DNA of 64,000 nucleotides from Escherichia coli (GTDB lineage Bacteria; Pseudomonadota; Gammaproteobacteria; Enterobacterales; Enterobacteriaceae): NCBI RefSeq assembly GCF_041886205.1, contig NZ_CP169029.1; one strand, 5' to 3'. Shown piece by piece: positions 19,239 to 30,105 of this stretch (position 1 is its first letter; each line of letters starts with the position of its first letter). The notes under the pieces were generated by a model. It saw only the letters and a program-made list of their open reading frames with translations, ran no database searches and was not told where the DNA came from. The position numbers and the translations under genes were made by a program.

Positions 19239-19268
19239 ACGAGGGTTCGATTCCCTTCGCCCGCTCCA
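19239..19268 (+). repeat. attR: 30-bp copy of the glyU 3' end
   Basis: Identical to 6076-6105. Confidence 0.75.
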
Positions 19269-19463
19269 ATCAATTTATCTTCACCTCATCAACCTGCCAT
19301 TTTTGTTGTATCCGATTTTCTATATTATCTTAATTCAATCGCTTCAGACTTTTCGCAATCGCCGTAATACTTCCCCATTTTGTTGTAAATAAAAAGCATT
19401 TACGCAATGCAATCCTTTTGTAACAACCCAGGTAAAACACCTTATTTTCAAGTTGTTAAATAA

Positions 19464-21116
19464 GTGGTTATCTACGCTTTTAACAAACGATTGATGGAAT
19501 ATTTTATGAAAGGGAAATCTGCATTAACTCTTCTGCTCGCTGGTATATTTTCGTGCGGCACATGCCAGGCGACAGGGGCAGAAGTGACGAGTGAATCTGT
19601 ATTTAACATTCTTAATTCCACGGGGGCAGCAACAGATAAAAGTTATTTATCGTTAAATCCAGATAAGTATCCTAATTATCGTCTTTTGATTCACTCAGCC
19701 AAATTACAAAATGAAATAAAGAGCCACTATACCAAAGACGAAATTCAAGGATTGCTAACATTAACAGAAAACACACGAAAGTTAACGTTGACGGAGAAAC
19801 CCTGGGGAACGTTTATTCTTGCTTCTACTTTCGAAGATGACAAAACAGCGGCAGAAACCCACTATGATGCTGTCTGGTTGAGGGATAGTTTATGGGGCTA
19901 TATGGCATTAGTATCAGATCAGGGAAATAGTGTAGCCGCAAAAAAGGTTCTGCTCACCCTGTGGGATTATATGTCTACGCCCGACCAGATTAAGCGGATG
20001 CAGGACGTCATTAGCAACCCAAAACGACTGGATGGAATTCCCGTGCAAATGAATGCTGTGCATATCCGATTTGACAGCAACTCCCCCGTGATGGCAGATG
20101 TGCAGGAAGAAGGCAAGCCGCAGCTGTGGAACCATAAACAAAATGATGCTTTAGGTCTTTACCTTGATCTCCTTATACAAGCAATCAACACTGGTACTAT
20201 TAACGCTGAAGATTGGGAAAAAGGTGACCGATTAAAGTCGGTTGCGCTGCTGATTGCTTATCTGGATAAAGCCAATTTCTATGTTATGGAAGATTCCGGA
20301 GCATGGGAAGAAGATGCCCGATTAAACACATCTTCCGTTGCTCTGGTGACCTCTGGACTGGAACGTTTGTCAAACCTACTCTCGAAGAAAGACTCTGTTT
20401 TTGTCTCTGATTTACTACGCGAAGCTAAAGTCAATGAACTGGATGAAACTCTTTCAACAACGAGGTTGAACCACCTCATAGATAAAGGTTATGAAAGAAT
20501 AACGTTACAGCTTGATTTAGGGGGAGAATCCCCAGGTTATCTGGAAAAAGATAAACATTACAGAGAAGCCGATGCGGCTTTACTTAATGTTATTTATCCT
20601 GCAAATCTTTCAAAGATAAACACCAGAAGAAAAGAGTAAGTTCTAAAAATAGTTAAAAAACTAGCAGGTCCGTATGGTATAAAAAGATACGAGAAGGATA
20701 ATTATCAGTCGGCAAATTTTTGGTTCAATGATATTAAAACCGATACCGATCAAAATTCGCATACAAAAAGAGAAAAGAGCTTCATTCCATCAACAGAAGC
20801 AGAATGGTTTTTTGACTCATGGTATGCAAAATCAGCAGCAATTGTTTATAAAGAATCAAGAAAAGAAGAGTATTTGAATGACTCAGTGCAATTTATGAAT
20901 AGATCATTGGCCCAAATAACAGGCGAGAATATGATTGGTGCAAATGGCAGGAGCGTACCAGAAATGGCACTTCCCGAAAGCTATAACTATATCCACAAGT
21001 CGGGAACTTTGCATGAAGCGCCAAGCCCTATCATTCCGCTAAATTGGTCGAAAGCTTCAATGACTCTCATGTTGAAAGAGATGTCCAATCTTATCAATGA
21101 TGAGGGAATTAAATAG
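19464..21116 (+). pseudogene. glucoamylase-like (GH15 / phosphorylase-kinase-like) secreted protein interrupted by an in-frame TAA at 20637-20639
   Basis: Signal peptide; GAWEE motif; the same frame stays open and protein-like on both sides of the single stop. Confidence 0.5.
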
Positions 21117-21247
21117 TTTTCATAATGAGTTACAGCACAACGTTGGGTATTGACTGAGCAAGATGAACGACAAGGACAACGACATCAGCCTTATGAGGAG
21201 CAAGAAAATGAAAGCAAATTCGAAAACGATCAGAAGGATGAAAGTTA

Positions 21248-22108
21248 ATGTTCGGTCTGAGGAAAGTAAATCGAAACACTCATACGTTTGAAACCACTTT
21301 TCAAAATTGGAAAGAAAATGGCGAAGATGTTGCATTATTAATGCCCGAATTTAGTGCTAAATGGCTACCGATAGCAGAAGAGAGTGGCAGCTGGTCTGGA
21401 TGGGTATTGCTTGGAGAAATATTTCCCTTAATTTCATCTGAGCTCGCTGGGATGGCTTTAATGCCAGAAACGGAAAGGTTAATAGGGGAATGGCTCAGTT
21501 TATCCAGTTCCCCGTTAAATCTAAAGCATCCTGAACTAAAATATAATCGTTTGCGCGTAGGTAAAGTATTTGATGGAGTATTGAGCCCTGCTCAACCACT
21601 AATAAGAATATGGACAGGGGAATTGAATCTTTGGTTAGATAAAGTCACAGTCTGCCAATACGGAAACGCTCCAGCGTTAGACAAAAAATCGTTATATTGC
21701 TCCATTCATTTTGTAATTGGATTTAGTAAAACATGTTACAGAAGTCTTGTTGATATTGAAGTTGGTGATGTTTTATTAATCTCAAATAATTTGGCTTATG
21801 CGGTTATTTATAATACAAAAATTTTTGATTTAATTTATCCAGAGGAGTTAAAAATGGCTGATCATTTTGAGTACGAGGAAGATTTTGAAACAGATGATTT
21901 TGATATCAAAAAAAACGAGAGTGAGATTTATGATGAAAATGACGATCAGATGATTAATAGTTTTGAAGACTTGCCTGTAAAAATTGAGTTTGTTCTTGGT
22001 AAGAAAATAATGAATCTATATGAAATAGACGAACTCTGTGCAAAAAGAATAATATCTCTGCTTTCTGAATCTGAGAAAAATATAGAAATACGTGTAATGG
22101 CGCGCTAA
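21248..22108 (+). CDS. epaO: T3SS C-ring/sorting platform protein (SpaO/YscQ family, ETT2), C-terminally truncated by frameshift
   Basis: SpoA-like segments (IEVGDVLLI, LPVKIEFVLGKK); C-terminal residues continue in another frame (TGYGELVEVDDKLGVEIHSWL) up to the epaP start. Confidence 0.6.
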   Translation: MFGLRKVNRNTHTFETTFQNWKENGEDVALLMPEFSAKWLPIAEESGSWSGWVLLGEIFPLISSELAGMALMPETERLIGEWLSLSSSPLNLKHPELKYNRLRVGKVFDGVLSPAQPLIRIWTGELNLWLDKVTVCQYGNAPALDKKSLYCSIHFVIGFSKTCYRSLVDIEVGDVLLISNNLAYAVIYNTKIFDLIYPEELKMADHFEYEEDFETDDFDIKKNESEIYDENDDQMINSFEDLPVKIEFVLGKKIMNLYEIDELCAKRIISLLSESEKNIEIRVMAR

Positions 22109-22183
22109 CTGGCTATGGAGAACTTGTTGAAGTGGATGATAAATTGGGCGTAGAGATTCATTCTTGGTTATCAGGGCATAATA

Positions 22184-22849
22184 ATGTCAAATAGCATTTC
22201 GCTGATAGCTATACTATCATTATTTACACTATTGCCGTTTATAATAGCATCCGGGACATATTTTATTAAATTCTCGATTGTTTTTGTTATTGTCCGAAAC
22301 GCGCTGGGGCTTCAGCAAGTGCCATCAAATATGACACTTAATGGGGTTGCTTTGCTATTGTCAATGTTTGTAATGATGCCGGTTGGGAAGGAAATATATT
22401 ATAACAGTCAGAATGAGAATCTTTCATTCAATAATGTAGCGTCGGTTGTTAATTTTGTTGAGACAGGCATGAGTGGTTATAAATCATATTTGATAAAATA
22501 TTCCGAACCGGAGTTGGTTAACTTTTTTGAAAAGATTCAGAAGGTGAATAGCTCTGAAGACAATGAAGAGATATTCGATGATGATAATATTTCAATTTTC
22601 TCGTTACTCCCGGCATATGCGTTGAGTGAGATAAAAAGTGCATTTATTATAGGTTTTTATATCTATTTACCCTTTGTTGTAGTGGATCTGGTTATATCCA
22701 GCGTTCTGTTAACGTTAGGTATGATGATGATGAGTCCGGTAACCATATCTACACCGATAAAATTAATTTTGTTTGTCGCGATGGACGGTTGGACAATGTT
22801 ATCAAAAGGACTCATTTTACAATATTTTGACCTATCCATTAATCCCTGA
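22184..22849 (+). CDS. epaP: T3SS export apparatus protein (SpaP/EscR/FliP family)
   Basis: 221 aa membrane protein; N-terminus ISLIAILSLFTLLPFIIASGTYFIKFSIVFVIVRNALGLQQ typical of SpaP. Confidence 0.85.
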   Translation: MSNSISLIAILSLFTLLPFIIASGTYFIKFSIVFVIVRNALGLQQVPSNMTLNGVALLLSMFVMMPVGKEIYYNSQNENLSFNNVASVVNFVETGMSGYKSYLIKYSEPELVNFFEKIQKVNSSEDNEEIFDDDNISIFSLLPAYALSEIKSAFIIGFYIYLPFVVVDLVISSVLLTLGMMMMSPVTISTPIKLILFVAMDGWTMLSKGLILQYFDLSINP

Positions 22850-22858
22850 GAAAAAAAT

Positions 22859-23119
22859 ATGGACGATATTGTTTTTGCGGGGAATAGGGCGCTGTATCTG
22901 ATTTTAGTTATGTCTGCAGGACCTATTGCAGTTGCGACATTTGTTGGTTTATTGGTAGGGCTTTTTCAAACGGTAACACAGTTACAAGAACAGACGTTGC
23001 CATTTGGCGTCAAATTATTATGCGTAAGTATTTGCTTTTTTTTAATGAGCGGATGGTATGGTGAAAAATTATATTCGTTTGGTATCGAAATGCTGAATTT
23101 AGCATTCGCGAGAGGATAG
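22859..23119 (+). CDS. epaQ: T3SS export apparatus protein (SpaQ/EscS/FliQ family)
   Basis: 86 aa, two TM helices; position. Confidence 0.8.
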   Translation: MDDIVFAGNRALYLILVMSAGPIAVATFVGLLVGLFQTVTQLQEQTLPFGVKLLCVSICFFLMSGWYGEKLYSFGIEMLNLAFARG

Positions 23120-23120
23120 G

Positions 23121-23888
23121 ATGGGGGAGGCGATACTCTATCAGTTGCATAGTCTGCTGGCTGCTACAGCGCTCGGTTTTTGCCGATTGGCACCAACTTT
23201 CTATTTGTTACCATTTTTCGCCAGTGGGAATATACCAACAGTAGTCCGTCATCCAATAATAATAGTGGTATCATGTGCATTAGTTCAGCATTACCACTAT
23301 GAATTATCGACCTTAAATGAAATCGATATCGCTTTGTTTGCTGCCAGAGAAATTATCATAGGGCTGTTCATTGCTTGCTTATTATCATCCCCGTTTTGGA
23401 TTTTCCTTGCTATAGGTAGTTTTATCGATAACCAACGTGGTGCAACGTTAAGTAGTACTTTGGATCCTGCTACAGGTGTCGATACTTCGGAATTAGCAAG
23501 ATTATTTAACCTATTCTCTGCAGCGGTTTATCTTACTAACGGTGGATTGAACTTTATTCTGGAAACTCTTTGGCAAAGTTATAATTTATGGCCTTCAGGC
23601 AATTTTAATTTTCCTAAATTAGAGCCTTTATTCTCATATATTAATAACATAATGACTCATACTATCGTTTACGCAAGTCCCGTGATTGCCGTTATGCTGG
23701 GCGGTGAGGCTGTCCTGGGATTGCTGGCACGTTATGCTTCACAACTAAATGCTTTTGCCATTTCACTGACTGTCAAAAGTGCGCTGGCATTTTTAATATT
23801 AATTATTTATTTTGGCCCAATACTGGCTGAACGAGTAATGCCGTTATCCTTTTTCCCAGAACAATTGCAACTATACATTGAGAAATAG
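23121..23888 (+). CDS. epaR: T3SS export apparatus protein (SpaR/EscT/FliR family)
   Basis: 255 aa polytopic membrane protein; position. Confidence 0.8.
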   Translation: MGEAILYQLHSLLAATALGFCRLAPTFYLLPFFASGNIPTVVRHPIIIVVSCALVQHYHYELSTLNEIDIALFAAREIIIGLFIACLLSSPFWIFLAIGSFIDNQRGATLSSTLDPATGVDTSELARLFNLFSAAVYLTNGGLNFILETLWQSYNLWPSGNFNFPKLEPLFSYINNIMTHTIVYASPVIAVMLGGEAVLGLLARYASQLNAFAISLTVKSALAFLILIIYFGPILAERVMPLSFFPEQLQLYIEK

Positions 23889-23897
23889 AGTGTTTCA

Positions 23898-25016
23898 TGG
23901 CCAATAAAACTGAAAAGCCAACACAAAGAAACTCCAGGATGCTTCTAAAAAAGGGCAAATTCTAAAAAGTAGAGACTTAACCATCTCTGTAATAATGCTT
24001 GTGGGTACTTTATATCTCGGATATGTTTTTGATGTGCATCACATTATGTCGATTCTTGAATACATCCTTGATCATAACGCTAAACCAGATATTTGGGACT
24101 ATTTTAAAGCTATGGGGGTTGGTTGGTTGAAAACGATCATTCCTTTTTTGCTGGTTTGCATGTTCACAACAATACTTGTCTCCTGGTTTCAAAGTAAAAT
24201 GCAATTAGCAACTGAAGCTGTTAAATTTAAGTTTGATTCATTGAATCCAGTAAATGGCTTAAAGCGTATATTTGGCTTAAAAACCGTAAAAGAATTTGTT
24301 AAAGCAATTCTTTATATTATTTTTTTTGCATTGGCGAACAAAGTATTTTGGAGTAATCATAAATCACTGCTTTTTAAAACTCTTGATGGAGATATCATAT
24401 CTTTATTATCAGATTGGGGAGAGATGCTATTCCTTCTTATACTGTATTGTCTCGGCAGTATGATAATTGTCTTAATTTTTGATTTTATCGCTGAATATTT
24501 TTTATTTATGAAAGATATGAAAATGGATAAACAAGAAGTTAAAAGAGAACACAAGGAGCAAGAAGGAAATCCAGAAATTAAGTCTAAACGCAGAGAGCGC
24601 ATCAGGAAATTCTTTCTGAGCAATTGAAGTCTGATGTCAGTAATAGTCGTTTGATGATTGCCAACCCTACTCACATTGCAATAGGGATATACTTTAAGCC
24701 ACATCTTTCACCTATTCCATTGATTTCTGTAAGAGAAACTAATGAGGTAGCCTTAGCCGTAAGGAAATATGCAAAGGAAATCGGAATACCAATTATCACA
24801 GATAAAAAATTAGCACGAAAAATTTATGCTACCCATCGTCGCTACGATTATGTTAGCTTCGAAAATATAGATGAAATATTACGTCTTCTGCTGTGGCTTG
24901 AAGATGTAGAGAATGCTGGACAACCTGTTCCAGATGAACAGCTCTCTTCAGAAGATAAATTCATTGAAGGTGAAGAGAAAGAAATCGAGAATAAAGACGA
25001 TAATTTAAAAAATTAA
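23898..25016 (+). pseudogene. epaS: T3SS export switch protein (SpaS/EscU/FlhB family) with at least two frameshifts
   Basis: Starts MANKTEKPTQ then shifts frame (~23930); second shift near 24620; NPTH autocleavage motif present in the 3' segment. Confidence 0.7.
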
Positions 25017-25095
25017 ACATCTGTCGTAGTCAGAAATTTATAAGAATCTACACGCAAAAACCGTGTAGATTCATTATTTAATGAGTTAAACGATC

Positions 25096-25371
25096 TTATG
25101 AAATGACAAGCAATTGATACATACTCATCTCTTTATAAGCTGGAACTGTAGTAACCTGTGCAAATTCGCGATATAGCTTTTGCTCCAGTTCTGCTGAAGA
25201 TATATATTCCGGGTGTTCGCTAAAGAACTGTCTTGCATCTACTATCGCTTGGGATTCGCCACTTCTTTTATTTTGATTCTTCTTTAATGAATTTTCTCTG
25301 GTGCATGCAGAGAGCAACGATATCAGCGCGATGGTTATTATGATTTTACTATTATATCCTACTAATGACAT
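25096..25371 (-). CDS. small putative lipoprotein (91 aa)
   Basis: Signal peptide with lipobox LLSAC. Confidence 0.4.
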   Translation of the reverse strand: MSLVGYNSKIIITIALISLLSACTRENSLKKNQNKRSGESQAIVDARQFFSEHPEYISSAELEQKLYREFAQVTTVPAYKEMSMYQLLVIS

Positions 25372-25372
25372 A

Positions 25373-25873
25373 TCAACTTTCTCTTACGCAAGATTGGAGT
25401 TTAAAATAATGTTTATCCCATTCACAGAGTGCTATAAACAACTCAACAGTACCTTTTATGTTAAGTTTATTTAGGGCTCTTATTTTGTGATATGATACTG
25501 TTTTATAATCAATTCCTTTAATAATGGCTATTTGTTTTAACGAGTAAGAAACACATAACCGCAGGATATCTATATCATCATGGGTAAGTGGTTCTTGTGT
25601 GGGATACACATTTTGTGTATGAAGATTCGAAATCAGGAAATGCGTTAAATCAGATAATCTAATATTCTTATTGATCCTGATGAAATTGTTGCTTAAAAGG
25701 ATGTTTACAGGTTCTGTATTTGGTTTGAGATTTCGATGTTGATACTCATCAATAACAACGAACGAATGCCCAAGATCAACCAACGCAACTAAATCGCTGT
25801 AATATTCTTTTTGGGATGCTAATAATGCATTAGTGCCTACAGTGAAGTAGACATCACTGGAAAAGACTTGCAT
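25373..25873 (-). CDS. etrA: LuxR-type HTH transcriptional regulator in ETT2 (position and family consistent with EtrA)
   Basis: C-terminal LuxR HTH (SLKQIAIIKGIDYKTVSYHKIRALNKL); located between epaS and eprH. Confidence 0.45.
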   Translation of the reverse strand: MQVFSSDVYFTVGTNALLASQKEYYSDLVALVDLGHSFVVIDEYQHRNLKPNTEPVNILLSNNFIRINKNIRLSDLTHFLISNLHTQNVYPTQEPLTHDDIDILRLCVSYSLKQIAIIKGIDYKTVSYHKIRALNKLNIKGTVELFIALCEWDKHYFKLQSCVRES

Positions 25874-26129
25874 ATGCCAACCTGTACTCTAAAATCATTT
25901 AGGGTAAATATTACGTGTAAAAGTTAAAATAAGAGTAATTGTTATATTTGCTTAACATTGAGGGAATAGGGTTTATACCTTAAATTGTAAATAAAGTTAT
26001 GCATAGAGGCATTTAAAATAGTCCTCGAAATTATAATTTTTTATTCTGTATCATCATATTTTGGTCATGAAATTTCCGTCTTGTTACACTACTCTAAACT
26101 AGAGCTTATGGAATTAGCGGGGGGTATTC

Positions 26130-27310
26130 ATGGAAAATAATGATAAATTCTTATCACAAGACTTATTGGAATCTTATGCCATTCGTTTGTTGAGCGGACC
26201 ATTGAATGGATGCGAGTATGAAATACTTAATGGGCGTCTACTTGTTATCATTGGTAATGATGTTTCGTTAGGAAGAAGTGATGCTTTTTCTGAGTTACCA
26301 GAAAACACAATAGTCGTTCCTTATGGCGAGCTTACAGGTAGTTTTGAGATAATAATTACTACCGACCCTGATATAGTAGTAACAATCAGAGAATTAACAG
26401 CACAAGAACCTGAAGATAGAACGTTAACATTCAATCAGCAAGTAGAAGTTTTAGGTCTCAAATTTGCTGTAAAAGAAAAAAATGAAGTTTGGCAGTATTC
26501 ATTGCCAGGCATTATTGAAAATAACATTATTTCTACAAAACAACATTTCTTTAGCAGTAAGCTGTTTAAGTATGTAATGCTTTTTTTCTTTTTGCTATCA
26601 TTTTCTTTGCTTTTTATATTGTTAATGCCAGTAATGATCCGCAGCTGAGACATATCGATAAAATTCTTGTAAACAAAAACAGGAATTATGAAATTTTATA
26701 TGGTAGAGATCATGTTATCTATATCAATACCAATAGTTTGGATGAAGCAGTCTGGGTCAAACAAGCACTGGAAAAAAATCAACCTGGAAAGCCAGTACGG
26801 GTGATAAATCCTGATGATGAATCGATACGAATTTTTTCATGGCTTGCTGATAATTTCCCTGATTTACAATATTTTAAACTTCAGCTATTAGATGCCAGTA
26901 ATCCCAGACTGACCGTGAGTAAGCAACGGAATGCTATCACACAGCAACTAATCGACAATCTTATTAAAGGGTTACTACAAACTATGCCATATGCCAGCAA
27001 TATAAGTATTGCGGTATTAGATGATAATGTATTGGAAAGTCAGGCTATTGAAACATTGTCAGCGATAGGTCTTTCTTATGAAAAATATAAAACAGCTAAC
27101 AATGTGTATTTCAATATCATTGGTACGTTAAGTGACAGTGAATTAAATAAAATTAATAACTATGTTGACGAATATTATAAACAATGGGGTAAACAATATG
27201 TAAGATTTAATGTGAATTTGAAAAATCAGGACACAAATAATAGTTCATTTAGCTACGGAGATAACCGATTCGAGAAGTCTCAAGGTAGCAACTGGACGTT
27301 TCAGGAATAA
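26130..27310 (+). pseudogene. eprH: T3SS inner-ring protein (PrgH family) split into two frames
   Basis: ORFs 26130-26648 and 26738-27310 are in different frames and together approximate PrgH length. Confidence 0.5.
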
Positions 27311-27347
27311 TTGAGGAGGACTTATAGCAGATTGGAATGGTTATATT

Positions 27348-27563
27348 ATGGATATCAGCAAACAATTTGATCAGGGCGTTGATGATCTGAACCAGCAAGT
27401 TGAAAAAGCGTTGGAGGTTTTAGCAACCAATCCCTCCGACCCGAAATTTCTTGCCGAATATCAAAGTGCATTAGCTGAGTATACATTATATCGAAATGCG
27501 CAATCTAACGTTGTAAAAGCGTATAAAGATCTTGATTCAGCAATCATACAAAACTTCCGCTAA
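27348..27563 (+). CDS. eprI: T3SS needle filament protein (PrgI/MxiH family)
   Basis: 71 aa, helical hairpin, C-terminal ...DSAIIQNFR typical of needle subunits. Confidence 0.8.
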   Translation: MDISKQFDQGVDDLNQQVEKALEVLATNPSDPKFLAEYQSALAEYTLYRNAQSNVVKAYKDLDSAIIQNFR

Positions 27564-27582
27564 ACTGGATAAGGATTTTATT

Positions 27583-27915
27583 ATGTCAGTAAGCAATATG
27601 CCACCTATTGATAGAGCTGAGCAATCAACTGCTCATGAAATACAGCAAGCGAAAGTGATTGATTTAAATGACCGGGTTCTCAATCTTGACAACCCGGATG
27701 ATAAAATGATCTCCGCTTTTGCCAACTATGCTGTACAAACTGAAAATTGGCAGCAAAATGCGTTACAAGCATTAAGGTCTGATAAAAAGGGGTTAACTCC
27801 TGAAAAATTATTAGTCTTGCAGGATCATGTGCTTAATTATAATGTCGAGGTTTCATTGGTGGGAACATTAGCAAGAAAGATTGTCGCTGCAGTTGAGACG
27901 TTGACCCGCTCATGA
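27583..27915 (+). CDS. eprJ: T3SS inner rod protein (PrgJ family)
   Basis: Start chosen at MSVSNMPP after AAGGA RBS; position between needle and PrgK homologues. Confidence 0.6.
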   Translation: MSVSNMPPIDRAEQSTAHEIQQAKVIDLNDRVLNLDNPDDKMISAFANYAVQTENWQQNALQALRSDKKGLTPEKLLVLQDHVLNYNVEVSLVGTLARKIVAAVETLTRS

Positions 27916-28646
27916 AATATATATCATTATTATTGTTTATCCTGCTGTTGTGCGGCTGCAAGCAGCAGGAATTATTGAACCATCTTGATCAACAGCAAGC
28001 TAATGATGTCCTTGCTGTTTTACAAAGACATAATATTAATGCTGAAAAGAAGGATCAAGGCAAAACTGGATTCTCAATCTATGTTGAACCAACGGATTTT
28101 GCTTCTGCGGTGGATTGGCTAAAAATCTACAATCTCCCGGGTAAGCCTGATATTCAAATATCGCAGATGTTCCCTGCAGATGCACTCGTTTCATCTCCAC
28201 GAGCGGAAAAAGCAAGGCTATATTCTGCTATTGAGCAGTGGTTAGAGCAATCTCTCAAAATTATGGATGGCATTATTTCTTCGAGAGTACATGTTAGTTA
28301 CGATGTTGATAATGGCGATAGTGGTAAAACTGCTTTACCAATTCATATTTCTGTACTTGCAGTATATGAAAAAGATATCAACCCAGAAATAAAAATAAAT
28401 GACATCAAGAGATTTATTGTTAATAGTTTTGCAAGCGTACAATATGAAAATATTTCTGTTGTATTGTCAAAACGAAGAGACATTATTGAGCAAGCACCAA
28501 CATATGAAATTAGCGAACTTGTTTTTGCTTATGATAAGGCTATGCCGGTTTCTATCTTACTTGCATTAATATCCGTAGCGACTTGCTGGCTGTTATGGAA
28601 GTATAGGGCCATTCTAACTAATTTAGTCAGGTTGAAAATTAAGTAG
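27912..28646 (+). CDS. eprK: T3SS inner membrane ring lipoprotein (PrgK/EscJ/YscJ family)
   Basis: Lipobox LLCGC, 244 aa, C-terminal TM helix. Confidence 0.8.
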   Translation: MKYISLLLFILLLCGCKQQELLNHLDQQQANDVLAVLQRHNINAEKKDQGKTGFSIYVEPTDFASAVDWLKIYNLPGKPDIQISQMFPADALVSSPRAEKARLYSAIEQWLEQSLKIMDGIISSRVHVSYDVDNGDSGKTALPIHISVLAVYEKDINPEIKINDIKRFIVNSFASVQYENISVVLSKRRDIIEQAPTYEISELVFAYDKAMPVSILLALISVATCWLLWKYRAILTNLVRLKIK

Positions 28647-28661
28647 ACATATGAGAGCGTT

Positions 28662-29255
28662 ATGAATCTTGCCCTAAGAAAGATTATATATGATCCAATT
28701 AGTTGTATTCATCCTCAACGAGTAAGCTTGAATAATACACCTATTAACAATCCGGTGCTTAGATCTATTACCAATGAAATGATTGTTCTGCAGTACAATC
28801 TTTCAGTTGAACATTTTAATCTGAATAGTTCACTTATTTAATACATAAACAATTGGAATTTATTTCCATTGATCTGTTTATTCAGTGGTTATCACTTTTA
28901 TCGAGAAAGGTTTGCAGAACGCGGATTTTTTTATAAGGTTCCTGCTGTGCTAAGGGATTATTTATCAGCTATACCGGTGGAAATAAATGAAAAGGCACGA
29001 TACAAACCCGGCATCGCTAACTATCACAATATCATCACATGTGGTTTTTCAACGTTGTTACCCTATATAAGGCAACAACCATTGGCAATGCAGCAACGAT
29101 TTAATTTATTATTTCCTGATTTTGTTGATCACATACAATTGCCGTTACCACTTGCATCAACTCTTTTAGAGAGAAATACATTTTATGCGAAAAAAATAGA
29201 GATGAGCTTGATAAAATCTCCTGCAAATGGTGTTGTGATTAAAAAAAATTTCTGA
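28662..29255 (+). pseudogene. OrgA-like T3SS sorting-platform protein, frameshifted
   Basis: N-terminal RKIIYDPISCIHPQRV resembles OrgA N-terminus; frame changes before the 28869-29255 ORF. Confidence 0.45.
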
Positions 29256-29259
29256 TGGA

Positions 29260-29887
29260 TTGAAAGAAATAGTTTCTCTTAAAGAAAATATCCTTATTGA
29301 AACCAACGCAAAAATTCAGAGCATTGAGGTAAAGAGAGAAGAAAAATTTATTCAAGGTTATTATGATGGCTATACAAAAGGCATTATTGATGTGATGGAT
29401 AATTTTATACCCTTGATAAGCTTGTTGAGCTCAGAACTAGAAAAAAAGAATAAACATGATAAACGATCTGAAGAGTATATTGTTAAAATCCTCAGAGGAA
29501 GTTGATGTTTTTATCAAAATTTTTGAAAGTTGGAGAAAAAAATTACCGGCAATATCAGGTCCTGTAAATCTCTATATACCTACCAGTTTCAAAAATAAGT
29601 ATCTTGAAGTAGAGTCATATTTTGTCGACAAATCAATATGGAATGTCCATATTACATTTCATGATGATAAGCGTTTTGTGTTTTTTACCGATCAATTTAT
29701 TGCTGAATTTAGTCCGCAGGAATTTGTGGATAATTGTGAGCAATATTTAATTAATAATCATTGTTTCGCCCCTGACAAGGTTAACGAAATCTGCGAACAA
29801 GCCAGACATTATTTAGTTGAAAAAATGTTTGAAACACATTCTTTGGATATGAATAATTCTGTTTTGGCAAGCCCTGAGGACTTATAG
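29260..29887 (+). pseudogene. OrgB-like T3SS stator protein, split into two ORFs
   Basis: Two ORFs (81 and 143 aa) in different frames, combined length close to OrgB; position after the OrgA-like gene. Confidence 0.4.
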
Positions 29888-30105
29888 CTCACTGGCTCAG
29901 GTTTAATGATTTGAATATAATCTAATTGTAATATTTTAATCATCTCATGATTTTTTAATGCCTGTGGTATTTTTTTACGCAAAAATTTTATTTTTAATTA
30001 TATTTCATTATTATTTCATCAATGTATTCTTTGGATTTTGCTTATAATAATGGAAGGGATGATTATAAATGAATACGTTAAAGCATTTACACTCAGGATG
30101 AATAT

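Larger units (their letters stand above)
6106..19268. mobile_element. tRNA-Gly-integrated genomic island (~13.2 kb) with tyrosine integrase and defence-like cargo
   Basis: Flanked by a 30-bp direct repeat of the tRNA 3' end; integrase at the distal end; interrupts the glyU-ETT2 junction. Confidence 0.7.

Noticed and set aside
20640-21116. Treating 20874-21116 as an independent small gene
   Set aside because: The frame is continuous with the upstream GH15-like ORF apart from one TAA, so it is the 3' part of a pseudogene.
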